This document shows, in pieces, positions 24,528 to 37,225 of a stretch of DNA of 64,000 bases. The DNA comes from Malacoraja senta (taxonomy: Eukaryota), in the NCBI GenBank assembly GCA_038087875.1, contig CM075991.1, forward strand, positions 2,790,001 through 2,854,000. Reading direction: 5' to 3'. Every line of letters starts with the position of its first letter. The stretch's first letter is position 1. The translations under genes were made by a program, and so were the position numbers. Below the pieces are notes generated by a model. The model saw only the letters and a program-made list of their open reading frames with translations. It did no database searches and was not told where the DNA came from.

Positions 24528-27500
24528 TAAGTACATATGACAATAAGTACTCCTGTTTGAGTACTGTTGGGGGGGACAGCCTATCTGGGGGTAGCGACAG
24601 CGGCCGGGCCTCCGGTACAGAGACCTGCCCTGTTGCTCAGAAGGGTAAGGAAAAGAAGAGGAGGGCAGTAGTAATAGGGGACTCTATATTTAGGGGGTCA
24701 GATAGGCGATTCTGTGGACGCAGTCAGGAGACCCGGATGGTAGTTTGCCTCCCTGGTGCCAGGGTCCAGGATGTGTCTGAACGTGTCCAAGATATCCTGA
24801 AATAGGAGGGAGAGGAGCCTGAGGTCGTGGTACATATAGGTATAGGAACCAATGACATAGGTAGAAAAAAGGGAAGAGGTCCTGAAAGGAGAATTTAGGG
24901 AGTTAGGAGGAGAGTTAAGGAGAAGGACCGCAAAGGTAACAATCTCGGGATTACTGCCTGTGCCACGCGACAGTGAGAGTAGGAATGGAGCGAGGTGGAG
25001 GATAAATGCGTGGCTGACGGACTGGTGCAGTGGGCAGGGATTCAAGTTTCTGGATCATTGGGACCTCTTTTGGGGAAGGTGTGACCTGTACAGAAAGGAC
25101 GGGTTGCACTTGAACCCGAGGGGGACCAATATCCTGGCGGGGGGATTTGCAAAGGCTACTGCGGAGACTTTAAACTAGAACGGTTGGGGGGAGGGTCTCA
25201 AATGGAGAAAGCTAATAGACAGTGTGTGAGGCAGGAGGCAGAGAAGGGAAGCACTCAGACCCAACAGGTAGGGGGGGAAGAAGAAAAAAATAATAAACAG
25301 AGAATAAGAGGTGGTGGGTTTCTTAAATGTGTGAGCAGAGAAACAGAGGGGTGTAAAATGTGGGGCGCAAGCAATAGGTAGCAAGGTGAATAGTAAAAGT
25401 GGCAGGCAGACAAATCCAGGGCAAAAATCAAAAAGGGCTACTTTTCAACATAATTGTATAAGGGGTAAGAGTGTTGTAAAAACAAGCCTGAAGGCTTTGT
25501 GTCTCAATGCAAGGAGCATTCGTAATAAGGTGGACGAGTTGAATGTGCAGATAGCTATTAATGATTATGATATAGTTGGGATCACGGAGACATGGCTCCA
25601 GGGTGACCAAGGCTGGGAGCTGAACATCCAGGGATATTCAATATTCAGGAGGGATAGACAGAAAGGAAAAGGAGGTGGGGTAGCGTTGCTGGTTAGAGAG
25701 GAGATTAACGCAATGGAAAGGAAGGATATTAGCTTGGAGGATGTGGAATCGATATGGGTAGAGCTACGAAACACTAAGGGGCAGAAAACGCTAGTGGGTG
25801 TTGTGTACAGGCCACCTAACAGTAGTAGTGGAGTTGGGGATGGCATCAAACAGGAAATTAGAAATGCGTGCAACAAAGGTAAAACAGTTATAATGGGTGA
25901 CTTCAATCTACATATAGATTGGGTGAATCAAATTGGCAGGGGTGCTGAGGAAGAGGATTTCTTGGAATGTATGCGGGATAATTTTTTAAACCAACATGTA
26001 GAAGAACCAACGAGAGAGCAGGCTATTCTAGACTGGGTATTGAGTAATGAGGAAGGGTTAGTTAGCAGTCTTGTTGTGCGTGGCCCCTTGGGCAAGAGTG
26101 ACCATAATATGGTTGAGTTCTTCATTAGGATGGAGAGTGACATTGTCAATTCAGAAACAAGGGTTCTGAACTTAAAGAAAGGTAACTTTGAGGGTATGAA
26201 ACGTGAATTGGCCAAGATTGACTGGCAATTGATTCTTAAAGGGTTGACGGTGGATATGCAATGGAAGGCATTTAAAGACTGCATGGATGAACTACAAAAA
26301 TTGTTCATCCCAGTTTGGCAAAAGAATAAATCAGGGAAGGTAGTGCATCCGTGGATAACAAGGGAAATCAGGGATAGTATCAAAACAAAAGATGAAGCGT
26401 ACAAATTAGCGAGAAAAAGCAGCCTACCAGAGGACTGGGAGAAATTCAGAGTCCAGCAGAGGAGGACAAAGGGCTTAATTAGGAAAGGGAGAATAGATTA
26501 TGAAAGAAAACTGGCAGGGAACATAAAAACTGACTGCAAAAGTTGTTATAGATATGTGAAGAGAAAGAGATTAGTTAAAACAAATGTAGGTCCCTTGCAG
26601 TCAGAAACAGGTGAATTGATCATGGGGAACAAGGACATGGCAGACCAATTGAATAACTACTTTGGTTCTGTCTTCACTAAGGAAGACATAAATAATCTGC
26701 CAGAAATAGCAGGGGACCGCGGGTCAAATGAGATAGAGGAATTGAGTGAAATCCAGGTTAGCCGGGAAGTGGTGTTAGGTAAATTGAATGGATTAAAGGC
26801 CAATAAATCCCCAGGGCCAGATAGGCTGCATCCCAGAGTACTTAAGGAAGTAGCCCCAGAAATAGTGGATGCATTAGTGATAATTTTTCAAAACGCTTTA
26901 GATTCTGGAGTAGTTCCTGAGGATTGGAGGGTAGCTAATGTAACCCCCCTTTTTAAAAAGGGAGGGAGAGAGAAAACGGGGAATTACAGACCAGTTAGTC
27001 TAACATCAGTAGTGGGGAAACTGCTAGAGCCAGTTATTAAAGATGGGATAGCAGCACATTTGGAAAGTGGTGAAATCATTGGACAAAGTCTGCATGGATT
27101 TACGAAAGGTAAATCATGTCTGACGAATCTTATAGAATTTTTCGAGGATGTAACTAGTAGAGTGGATAAGGGAGAACCAGTGGATGTGTTATATCTGGAC
27201 TTTCAGAAGGCTTTCGACAAGGTCCCACATAAGAGATTAGTATACAAACTTAATGCACACGGTATTGGGGGTTCAGTATTGATGTGGCTAGAGAACTGGC
27301 TGGCAAACAGGAAGCAAAGAGTAGGAGGAAACGGGTCCTTTTCAGAATGGCAGGCAGTGACTAGTGGGGTACCGCAAGGCTCAGTGCTGGGACCCCAGCT
27401 ATTTACAATATATATTAATGATTTGGATGAGGGAACGGAATGCAACATCTCCAAGTTAGCGGATGACACAAAGCTGGGGGGCAGTGTTAGCTGTGAGGAG

Positions 27501-28394
27501 GATGCTAGGAGGCTGCAAGGTGACTTGGATAGGCTGGGTGAGTGGGCAAATGCATGGCAGATGCAGTATAATGTGGATAAATGTGAGGTTATCCACTTTG
27601 GTGGCAAAAACAGGAAAGTAGACTATTATCTAAATGGTGGCCGATTAGGAAAAGGGGAGATGCAACGAGACCTGGGTGTCATGGTACACCAGTCATTGAA
27701 AGTAGGCATGCAGGTGCAGCAGGCAGTGAAGAAAGCGAATGGTATGTTAGCATTGATAGCAAAAGGATTTGAGTATAGGAGCAGGGAGGTTCTACTGCAG
27801 TTGTACAGGGTCTTGGTGAGACCACACCTGGAATATTGCGTACAGTTTTGGTCTCCAAATCTGAGGAAAGACATTCTTGCCATAGAGGGAGTACAGAGAA
27901 GGTTCACCAGACTGATTCCTGGGATATCAGGACTTTCATATGAAGAGAGACTGGATAGACTCGGCTTGTACTCGCTAGAATTTAGAAGATTGAGGGGGGA
28001 TCTTATAGAAACTTACAAAATTCTTAAGGAGTTGGACAGGCTAGATGCAGGAAGATTGTTTCCGATGTTGGGGAAGTCCAGGACAAGGGGTCACAGTTTA
28101 AGGATTAAGGCGAAATCCTTTAGGACCGAGATGAGAAAAACATTTTTCACACAGAGAGTGGTGAATCTCTGGAACTCTCTGCCACAGAAGGTAGTTGAGG
28201 CCAGTTCATTGGCTCTATTTAAGAGGGAGTTAGATGTGGCCCTTGTGGCTAAAAGGATTAGGGGGTATGGAGAGAAGGCAGGTACAGGATACTGAGTTGG
28301 ATGATCAGCCATGATCATATTGAATGGCGGTGCAGGCTCGAAGGGCCGAATGGCCTACTCCTGCAATTATTTTGTATGTTTCTATGTTTCTATG
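24528..28394 (+). mobile_element. Near full-length CR1 LINE in MYL7 intron 3 (antisense to the gene)
   Basis: Disrupted ORF1 with SGNH/GDSL esterase-like motifs (VIGDSI, DGLHLN), open ORF2, (TTTCTATG)n tail. Confidence 0.95.
25386..28295 (+). CDS. CR1 ORF2: AP-like endonuclease plus reverse transcriptase (969 aa open frame)
   Basis: NARSI, ITETW, GDFN and SDH endonuclease motifs; [28 protein letters not shown] and LADD RT motifs. Confidence 0.93.
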   Translation: MNSKSGRQTNPGQKSKRATFQHNCIRGKSVVKTSLKALCLNARSIRNKVDELNVQIAINDYDIVGITETWLQGDQGWELNIQGYSIFRRDRQKGKGGGVALLVREEINAMERKDISLEDVESIWVELRNTKGQKTLVGVVYRPPNSSSGVGDGIKQEIRNACNKGKTVIMGDFNLHIDWVNQIGRGAEEEDFLECMRDNFLNQHVEEPTREQAILDWVLSNEEGLVSSLVVRGPLGKSDHNMVEFFIRMESDIVNSETRVLNLKKGNFEGMKRELAKIDWQLILKGLTVDMQWKAFKDCMDELQKLFIPVWQKNKSGKVVHPWITREIRDSIKTKDEAYKLARKSSLPEDWEKFRVQQRRTKGLIRKGRIDYERKLAGNIKTDCKSCYRYVKRKRLVKTNVGPLQSETGELIMGNKDMADQLNNYFGSVFTKEDINNLPEIAGDRGSNEIEELSEIQVSREVVLGKLNGLKANKSPGPDRLHPRVLKEVAPEIVDALVIIFQNALDSGVVPEDWRVANVTPLFKKGGREKTGNYRPVSLTSVVGKLLEPVIKDGIAAHLESGEIIGQSLHGFTKGKSCLTNLIEFFEDVTSRVDKGEPVDVLYLDFQKAFDKVPHKRLVYKLNAHGIGGSVLMWLENWLANRKQRVGGNGSFSEWQAVTSGVPQGSVLGPQLFTIYINDLDEGTECNISKLADDTKLGGSVSCEEDARRLQGDLDRLGEWANAWQMQYNVDKCEVIHFGGKNRKVDYYLNGGRLGKGEMQRDLGVMVHQSLKVGMQVQQAVKKANGMLALIAKGFEYRSREVLLQLYRVLVRPHLEYCVQFWSPNLRKDILAIEGVQRRFTRLIPGISGLSYEERLDRLGLYSLEFRRLRGDLIETYKILKELDRLDAGRLFPMLGKSRTRGHSLRIKAKSFRTEMRKTFFTQRVVNLWNSLPQKVVEASSLALFKRELDVALVAKRIRGYGEKAGTGY

Positions 28395-28397
28395 TCT

Positions 28398-29422
28398 GCA
28401 ACTGCAACTTTATTTATATAGCACATTTCATACACGAGGCAGACTCAAAGTGCTTCACATAAAAACATGTCATACAATAAAATGAAATAATAAAATGAAA
28501 TAAAATAGAAGAATTAAAAGAAAAGAAAAGCAAAGTTAAAAATGCATTATAGAAAAGTGCAAAAGTTAAAAGTGCAATGTAGTTAAGATTTAGCTGAAAG
28601 CTAAAGTAAACATAAAAGTTTTCAGTCTTGTTTTAAAAGTGGTGAAAGTAGGGGCAAGTCTTAAATCTTCAGGAAGTTTATTCCAGCTATTTGTTGCATA
28701 GTAACTAAATCCTGCTTTCCCATGTTTTGTATTTACTCTGGGAATCACTAACAGATTGGTCTCAGAAGATCTTAGCGGTCTAGAAGGCTTATATAGTGGA
28801 AGCATGTCACTGATATACTTTGGCCCTAAACCATGTAGTGATTTATAGGTGAGCAGCAGGATTTTGAAATCAATTCTCTGACATACAGGGAGCCAATGTA
28901 AGGATTTAAGAATTGGTGTAATGTGTTCAAATTTTTGGGTCTTTGTTAGAACTCTATCAACAGCGTTCTGAACAAGCTGTAGCTGCCTGACAGTTTTTTT
29001 CGGAAGACCTGCAAGGAGACCGTTACAATAATCTAGCCTACTAGTAATAAAGGCATGTACAGGTTTTTCTAAGTCTTGAGCTGACATGAGTCCTCTTAGT
29101 CTTGCTACGATTTTGAGATGATAGTAGGCCGATTTTGTTACTGATTTGATGTGACTGTCGAAAGGTAAATCTGAATCCATAATAACCCCGAGATTTCTGG
29201 CTTTGTTTGAAGTTTTCAGGGACAGAGAGTGAAGGTGTTGGGTTACTTCAAGCCTTTCTTTTTTAGCACCAAAAACAATTATCTCCATTTTGTCCTTATT
29301 TAGTTGGAGGAAATGTTGGCACATCCAGTCTTTGACTTGCTCAATGCACTGGCACAGCAGATCTATGGGGCGATAGTTATTTGGTGATAGCGCTACATAG
29401 ATTTGAGTGTCATCGGCATAGC
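28398..29422 (-). mobile_element. 5'-truncated L2-clade LINE
   Basis: YADDTQIY, HAFITSRLDYCN and HITPILKSLHWLP motifs in ORF 28590-29558; AATAAA tail. Confidence 0.9.
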
Positions 29423-29676
29423 AGTCTGTAGGGAGTTTGTACCTTTTCCTCATGACCATGAGGGTTTTCCCCGGTTGCTCCAGTTTCCTCCCACACTCCA
29501 CAGATGAGCAGGTTTGTAGGTTAATTGACTTTGGTAAAGATTGTAAACCATCCCTCATAGGATAGTGCTAGTGTACCGGGATCGCTGGTCGGCGCGGACT
29601 CGGTAGGCTGAAGGGCCTGTTTCCGCGCTGTAACTGTAAACTAAAACTAAACTAAATAACAGACATGGTCACCTAC

Positions 29677-29752
29677 CCAGTTGCATGAAGGTCTCTTTCA
29701 GGTCCTGTTTGCTAATGATCCCATCACGATTCTGATCAATGCAGCCAAATGC
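29677..29752 (-). CDS. MYL7: MYL7-like exon 3 (76 bp): [25 protein letters not shown](G), EF-hand 1
   Basis: cag/gtaggt boundaries; [14 protein letters not shown]-hand loop; the CIDQNRDG motif is MYL7-like. Confidence 0.95.
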
Positions 29753-30986
29753 CTGTTCGTTTATGAAAAAGATTTCATCAATATCTCGAGTGGTATTGCC
29801 AATGAAATGTGATGCTACTCATCACTCATCGTGGACACTTCTTAGTGCAGCCTCTGAAACCAATTGTCCTTTGAGAAACTTTTCCATATTACCCAATGAT
29901 TACTGGAATAATGGTCCCGAAATGGGCCGCATAGCAGCACAGCAGTAGAGCTGGTGTCAGAGACTCAGGTTCGATCCTGACTTTGGGTGCTGTCTGTGTG
30001 GTGTTTGCACGTTCTCCCAGTGACCATGATTTTCTCCGGGTGCTCCAGTTTCCTCCCACATCCCAAAGACGTGCGGGTTTGCAGGATAACTGGCCTCTGT
30101 AAATTTGTGTGCAGGGAGTGGATGAAATTGTGGGATACCATAGAACTAGTGTGATCGGATGATCCATGGACGGTGGGCAGAAGGGCCTGCTTCCATGATG
30201 TACCTCAAACTAAACAGAAGCAAAATGGAGAAGGAACTATCAGCCAGATTGCCAGAAGCAATGGGAACCTGATTTTCATTTCCTGAATGCATTTCATGGG
30301 TTGTTGGCAGTCAGGGAGGCAGACCTGAGACACCAATTAATAGCTGAGTGAGGAGAGGAGAGATTCGGAGACAGAGGATAGGCATAAAATGCTGGAGTAA
30401 CTCAGCGGGATAGGCACCATCTCAGGATGGAAGGAATGGGTGACATTTCGGGTCAAGACCCTTCGTCAGACCTGAAGAAGGGTCTCAACCCGAAACATTA
30501 CCCATTCCTTCTTTCCAGAGATGCTGCCTATCCCGCAGAGTTACTCCAGTGTTTTGTGTCTATCTTGTGTGTAAACCAGCATCTGCAGTTCCTTAGTACA
30601 CATTTCGGAGGCAGACGTTTGGGTAAGATTATTAATAGGAGAGTGTTGATAAATTGTCGAGGAGAAACAATCATATGGATGAGTTGTAGAGGTCTGAAGA
30701 AAGACCATGAAGTGGTATATCTACAGAATGTATGGGGAGACGATGAAGCACTCTTTGTCCTACAGAGACCATGTTAGGAAAATGGATCACAATTATTTCA
30801 AGGCTGAGTGGTTAATGTCATTGTAGATCAGAGGAAATCCCGCCTGCCCTTCCTACCCCCATAAGCAGTGTACAGTCTCTTGCTCCACTTAACGCCTCTC
30901 GAAGCCCAGGCATCCACTGTAGGAAGAGGCACAGGGAAGAGGGAATGTGAGACTGTATCATTTGGTTCAGCATGTGGACCTCTCAC

Positions 30987-31091
30987 CTCTTTGAACTCCT
31001 GAATTTGAGACTGTTCAAACATGGAGAAGACATTGGATGAGCTGCGCTGGGTATGTTTGGTTGAACCTTTCCGAGCCGCCTTCCTGCTTGC
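30987..31091 (-). CDS. MYL7: MYL7-like exon 2 (105 bp): [35 protein letters not shown]
   Basis: cag/gtgag boundaries. Translation matches the regulatory light chain N-terminus ([18 protein letters not shown]); the MASRKA start is characteristic of MYL7. Confidence 0.95.
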
Positions 31092-31351
31092 CTGCCAACA
31101 AACAGAAGCAGAGCAATGGGACAGGATATCAAACCGTGATTACCGCGGCAAACTTTGTATTGCAGCACTCATTTCACCAGTCAATAAAGTACACCTTATC
31201 GTGAAGCTCAATGATTTATGGGGAAAAAAACATGGAGTATGTTGTTACAAAAAAATGATTGACAAAGGTGATGAAGATCAGTTCCATCTTGTCAGTTTAT
31301 CATGTTAAATAATACATGGATATAAAAATGGCACCTGCCACATCCACGTTT

Positions 31352-31940
31352 TTAGAAACATAGAAACATAGAAAATAGGTGCAGGAGGAGGCCATTCGGC
31401 CCTTTGAGCCAGCACCACCATTCATTGTGATCATGGCTGATCGTCCCCTATCAATAACCCATGCCTGCCTTCTCCCCATATCGCTTGACTCCACTAGCCC
31501 CTAGAGCACCATCTAACTCTCTCTTAAATCCATCCAGTGACTTGGCCTCCACGGCCCTCTGTGGCAGGGAATTCCATAAATTCACAACTCTCTGGGTGAA
31601 AACGTTTTTTTCTCACCTCAGTCTTACATGACCTCCCCTTTATTCTCAGACTGTGGCCCCTGGTTCTGGACTCGCCCAACATTGGGAACATTTTTCCTAC
31701 ATCTAGCTTCTCCAGTCCTTTTATAATTTTATATGTTTCTATAAGATTCCCCCTCATCCTTCTAAACTCCAGTGAATACAAGCCTATTCTTTTCAATCTA
31801 TCCTCATATGACAGTCCCGCCATCCCAGGGATCAATCTCGTGAACCTACGCTGCACTGCCTCAATCACAAGGATGTCCTTCCTCAAATTAGGAGACCAAA
31901 ACTGTACACAATACTCCAGATGTAGTCTCACCAGAGCCAA
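31352..31940 (-). mobile_element. 5'-truncated CR1 LINE
   Basis: CR1 C-terminal peptide and tail. Other CR1 3' fragments at about 33080-33455(-), 40095-40560(-), 42474-43180(+), 51380-51920(+), 58600-59450(+) and 62835-63240(+). Confidence 0.9.
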
Positions 31941-34117
31941 ATATTCTCCATAGAATCGCAGAATCCACCACCCTTTAAAATCTGTGAGGAAGCCGTGACT
32001 GGATTCTTATCACCTTCCCCACGGTTCCATAAACTGCAGTCTGCTGTCTTCTGTAGACCACATCGCCAACAGGGCAGCATGGTGGCACAGCGGTAGAGTT
32101 ACTGCCTTACAGCGCCAGAGACTCGAGTTCGATCCCGACTACGGGTGCCTGTCTGTACGGAGTTTGTATGTTGTCCCCATGCCTTGCGTAGGTTTTCTCC
32201 GAGATCTTCGATTTCCTCCCACACACCAAAGACGTGCAGGTTAATTGGCTTGGTATAAATGTAAAATTGTCCCTAGTGTGCGTAGGATAGTGTTAGTGTG
32301 TGGGGATCGCTGGTCAGTACGGACTCGATGGGCTGAAGGGCCTGTTTCCGCGCTGTAGCTCTAAACTAAAACTAACAAACTAAAACTAACATGCCCATAG
32401 CTGTTCAATGACCATCATGTTCTTATTCTCCACAGCAACATCAGTGTGTATGGTGGTAAATACATATAGAAGTGTGGGAGTAAATCCTTTTTAACTTTTA
32501 TTCAAATTCTTTCACAATATCTTTTGTGTTTGATTAATTTTTTTTGTTACCGAATTCGCATTTGTTGATTACTTTCTGGAAACGATCAATAATCAAATTT
32601 CAAATTGCTGGAGTAACTCAGCGGACTAGGCAGTATCTGAGAGAAGGAATGAGTGACGTTTCGGGTCGAGACCCTTCTTCAACCGTCTGATGAATGGTCT
32701 CAACCCGAAACGTCAGGCCTTCCTTCTCTCCAGAGACGCTGCTTGTCCCGTTGAGTTACTCCGGAATTTTGTGTCTATCTTTGGTGTAAAGCAGCAGTTC
32801 CTTCTTACATAATAATCTGATTTCTTTGGCTGTTACATTGTCTTTCATTGTGCATAAATCGACCGCTTTCCGTTCCATAAAAACTATATTCAAATCTATC
32901 ACACCAATTTAAATTTATTTTCGGCAGCTCTAAACAATGCTTCCCTCTGTCAGCTGGTCAAAATGATTATTAAATAATTCTTCTTGCATTCCCTGATGTT
33001 TGTTGTTAACATACACTTTTGTTGTCTTACATACAACTCTGTGCCAACTCATTCTTGACCTTACCGTAAATAAGTTCATAAGTCATAGTAGAAAAATTAT
33101 TCCATTCGGCCCATCCAGTCTACTCCGCCATTCAGTCATGGCTGATCTATCTTTCCCTCCCAATCCCATTCTCCTGCCTTCTCCATAAAACCTTTGACAC
33201 TTACTAATCAAGAACCTGTCAATCTCCGCTTTAAAAATATCCAATGACTTGGCCCCCACAGCCGTCTGTGGCAATGAATTCCACAGATTCACCACCCTCT
33301 GACGAAAGAAATTCCTCCTCATCCCATTTTTAAAGGTACATCCTTTTATTCTGAAGCTGTGCCCTCTAGTCTTAGACTTTCCCACGTGGAAACATCTTCT
33401 CCACATACACTCTATCCAGGCCTTTCACTATTGGGTAAGTTTCAATGAGGTCCCCCTGTCCCCATTCACAGCTGTTTCTCATTGAGATTACACACCAGCA
33501 CTGGAAACAGATGATAGTCCCAGATTAGATTTCATCCATTACCCAGCAAAAAATTGCTATTCAATATTCCAGCATTATTTGTCTAATTTCTTTGTTAGAG
33601 TTTCTAAGGAGTTGCTCTTTGCTTCTCACAAACTTTATTTTTATTTGAATGGAAAAATGCTGTTAACATTGTCTGAAAGCCAGTTGATAGAGTAAGAAGA
33701 TAAACACAAAATGCTGGAGTAACTCAGCGGGACAGGCAGCATCTCTGGAGAGAAGGAATGGGTGACGTTTCAGGTCGAGACCCTTCTTCAGAGTAAGAAC
33801 ATAGATTGGAATATTTTATACTGTATCTGCCAAATAACTGCTGAAATCTAAACAGGTATTTTTTTTTTTATGGTAAGTGTATTGCACTCTATTGTGCAAT
33901 AATCCAACTCTTAGCCACAGATAATACAGCACTTGATGTTGGAAAAACATGGCAAAGTCATCAAAGGGGATTTATCTAAGAACATTTTATGACTGAGGTG
34001 TGGAACTTGGTTCATGAATAATTTTTGATGGATGTCTTTGAGGAAAGAGAAGGATAGAGACTCTTTGGAAGGAAATCCAGTAAGTAAAGCCTAGGTAACT
34101 GAAGGCATGATTTCTAA

Positions 34118-34335
34118 AGGACCTGTCCCACTTGGGGACCTGTCCCACTTGGCCGTCATTTGCGCGTCACGCAGATGGCGCGTGAAGATTTTGTTCATCA
34201 CAAAATCCTGCAACGCCGAGCGCGACCGCGCATCACTGCCTATGTCATCACGCACCATGCGCGCGTCATGCGTCGTGACGCGTAAATGATGTCGCGTAAA
34301 TTATGCGCAAATGATGGCCAGGTGGGACAGGCCCT
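34118..34335. mobile_element. PIF/Harbinger-type MITE
   Basis: TIRs AGGACCTGTCCCACT / GGTGGGACAGGCCCT; TAA target duplication on both sides. Confidence 0.75.
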
Positions 34336-34352
34336 TAATGACAGTGCAATTA

Positions 34353-34547
34353 TGGGCCTGTCCCACTTAGGCGACTCTTTAGGCGACTGCCAGGGTCTAG
34401 TTTAAATGGAATTCACCTACGACTCCTGGCGACGACCGATGACAGCAAAAATTGTCACCACAGTTGCCGAAAATTTGTCAACATGTTGAAAATTTTGCGG
34501 CAGTCGCCTGTAGTCGCCCAAAAAAACGCCTAAGTGGGACAGGCCTA
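34353..34547. mobile_element. PIF/Harbinger-type MITE
   Basis: TIRs TGGGCCTGTCCCACTTAGGCG / CGCCTAAGTGGGACAGGCCTA; TTA duplication. Confidence 0.78.
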
Positions 34548-36949
34548 TTATAATTAGGTATATACAAGCAGTGAATTTAGAGGAGATCATGGTTTCAGAA
34601 GCAGGGCTACAGATGGTTAAAAACGTAGAATGGAAGGAGGCCATGGAATGAATAAGTAAACTACAAAGAACAGGTTTCAAGTTATGAATTTTATTAAATA
34701 AAATGAAATGGTTTCTAGTTAAAGAGGAATCCTATCTCTAACAGGACACAGAAATAACACAAATTCTTGCAGTCTTCAAGGATGCATTATTAGGCATTAT
34801 TAATAATGAATAATGAAAGATTTCTATCTTTTCCATATAAAATTGAGCTCATTATGAACAATATTTTACTGTAATAAGAGAAAGAATCAGGAGCAAGATA
34901 TTTGGTCCCTCTTCTTAACTGCCATTCAGTGAGATTATACCCAGTCTTTTACCACTTTCTAGCACACTATTTATTTTGTATTGCTATATTTTACATTGCT
35001 TTTTTATTCCCTGTAAAAGCAATCGATCCCTACCTTGAATCTACGCACCTACTGATGCCCCAAATGGGGTCAAGGAAAGAGCGTTCACGTAGTTGCCCTG
35101 TTTCCACCAATCTTTCCACCACTGCGCACAAGAAGCGACAAGACAGACACCATTGTACGCAGATGTCGAGAAGTGTGTCCAGCTCCGGCTGGGCAACTTC
35201 TAATCTTGTGTGTGGACTCAATAAGAAGAAGATGCCCCAAATCACTTGGTGGGAGTGAATTCCAGAGATGATGAAAGATCCTGTTTGTCTCAGTCCTGAA
35301 TGGCCAACCTAATCCAAGCCCTTTGTCAAGATATCCCAGCCAAGGGAAATTTCAATTGTGCAAAACTTCCTACCAACAGATGTAGGAATTTTACACATTC
35401 TAACGAGATTAACTTTTTTATTTCTAAACTTAAGCATCACTGACCTAATAATCCCTCTTCATATGACAAGCTGTCATCCCAGGAATGAAACAGGGAATCT
35501 TGACTGCACTGCATCTAATGCAAATATATCCTTCTTCAGGTACAGAGACCAAACGTTGACACTATGATCCAGACGCAAGCCTCCATAGAAATAGAGACAA
35601 ATGCTTCCACTCTTGCACTTAGATTGTCTTCTATTAAAGCAAGTGTATATGAAATAATGAGAGGCGTCGATAAGATAGACACAGACATTTTTCACAAATG
35701 GAACTGCCAAAGACTAGAGGGCATAGCTCTAAGGTGACAGTGGCAAAGTTTAAAGGAGATGTGCGAGGACAGGTTTTTTTCCACAGAGTGGTGGGTGACT
35801 GGAACGTGGTGCCAGGGTGGTGATGGAGGCAAATACGACCGTGGCATTTAAAGAGGCTTTTGGATAGGCAAATGGATATGTGGGAATGGAGGGATTTGGA
35901 TCACCTGCAGGCAGAGAAGTTTAACTTTGCATCATGTCTGGTGTGGATATTATGGGCAGAAGGGCCTGTTCCTATGCTGAACAGTTCTATGTTCTATATA
36001 TCACCTTGTGATTTCTCCGTGGATTGTCACCTTGTCGTGGTGGAGAAGCTTGTGTGGACCTGAGATCCTGAGAGCGATGCCGTCTGGAGCTATGCTCCTG
36101 GTAGGGCCACCCATGGCGGTAAGGTCGAGGGGGAGGTCTCTGACAAAGAGCAATCCAACCAAGACCTCAACGGTGGAACAGGAGGAGGATGATGGCTGAA
36201 CGTAGTGGAGCGTCACAACGGCTGGGAAGGCGGATGAAGGCTGCAGCAGAAAAGGGTCTCCGGTCGTCTTGGACTCCATGCCACTGGATCCTGACACAGA
36301 TCTGTCAAGGACCGTGGGGCGGCTGTCTGTGCACCAGTCTCCCCACGTTAAACAAAGTCACACACAGGCATCTTCCATATAGCACCCTTCGAGGGGTGAA
36401 AGGAAACACCAAATGCAAACCTCCACTGCCTTGCGGCTATTACCTTCTTCAGCAAAGGTGAAGACTGGGTCTGGCGGAATACGCGGAGGAGACCACCGTT
36501 GGCGATCCAACGGGTTGGAAAGTGGACCCAGCAATGCGTCGTGGAGCACAATTAGGGCACAATGTTCACGTACAACACTGGTGGCCATCCACTGCATCCT
36601 GGCCTATCGCCAGCCGTCTTGACTATATCTTGCCACTGTATCCAGATAGGCTGGGATGAGAGAGTGAGGCTGACAATTTGCACCACTCACCCTCACTTTA
36701 ATCCAAGTTATTATTATTATTATTATTTATTATTATTTATTTGTCATTTGGACAAATATGTCACTTGGACCCCTTGAGGTCCAAACGAAATATCGTTTCT
36801 GCAGCCATACATTACAAAACGAAGAAGACCCGAGACACAACACAATTTACACATACATCCATCCCAGCGCTGTGATAGAAGGCAAAAAAACGTATCTCTC
36901 CACTGCACTCCCCCCCCCCCCCCCCCGATGTCAGAGTCAAAGCGCAAGT

Positions 36950-37225
36950 CATGACTTCAGGACCCGTACTGCCCAACTGGGCGAAGCAAGATCAGCATAG
37001 GAGTGCGTGCTGCTGGGAAGAAGCGCACCGCAGAAGCTCAGAGGAAACGCGCCGCACGCAAGGCTCTCCCCACGACAACTTCTACTGCAGCACCCACCCA
37101 ACTCTGTCCCATCTGCGGGCGAGACTTCCGGGCCCAGATTGGTCTCACCAGTCACATCCGGACCCACAAACAAAAACACTGAAGTCATGGTCTTCTTCAA
37201 CTACGAAGGACGAACAACAGCAACA
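36950..37225 (+). mobile_element. RTE-clade LINE 3' end
   Basis: Encodes the C-terminal zinc finger CPICGRDFRAQIGLTSHIRTH, then a short 3' UTR and (AAC)-like tail. RTE-like 5' sequences probably occupy ~36020-36710. Confidence 0.7.

Noticed and set aside
25428..28318. Antisense ORFs over CR1 ORF2
   Set aside because: Shadow frames of the LINE coding sequence that recur in every CR1 copy.
36020..36712. Possible HDV-like ribozyme in RTE-like 5' sequences
   Set aside because: I could not assign the nested double pseudoknot by eye; a descriptor-based structure search would be needed.
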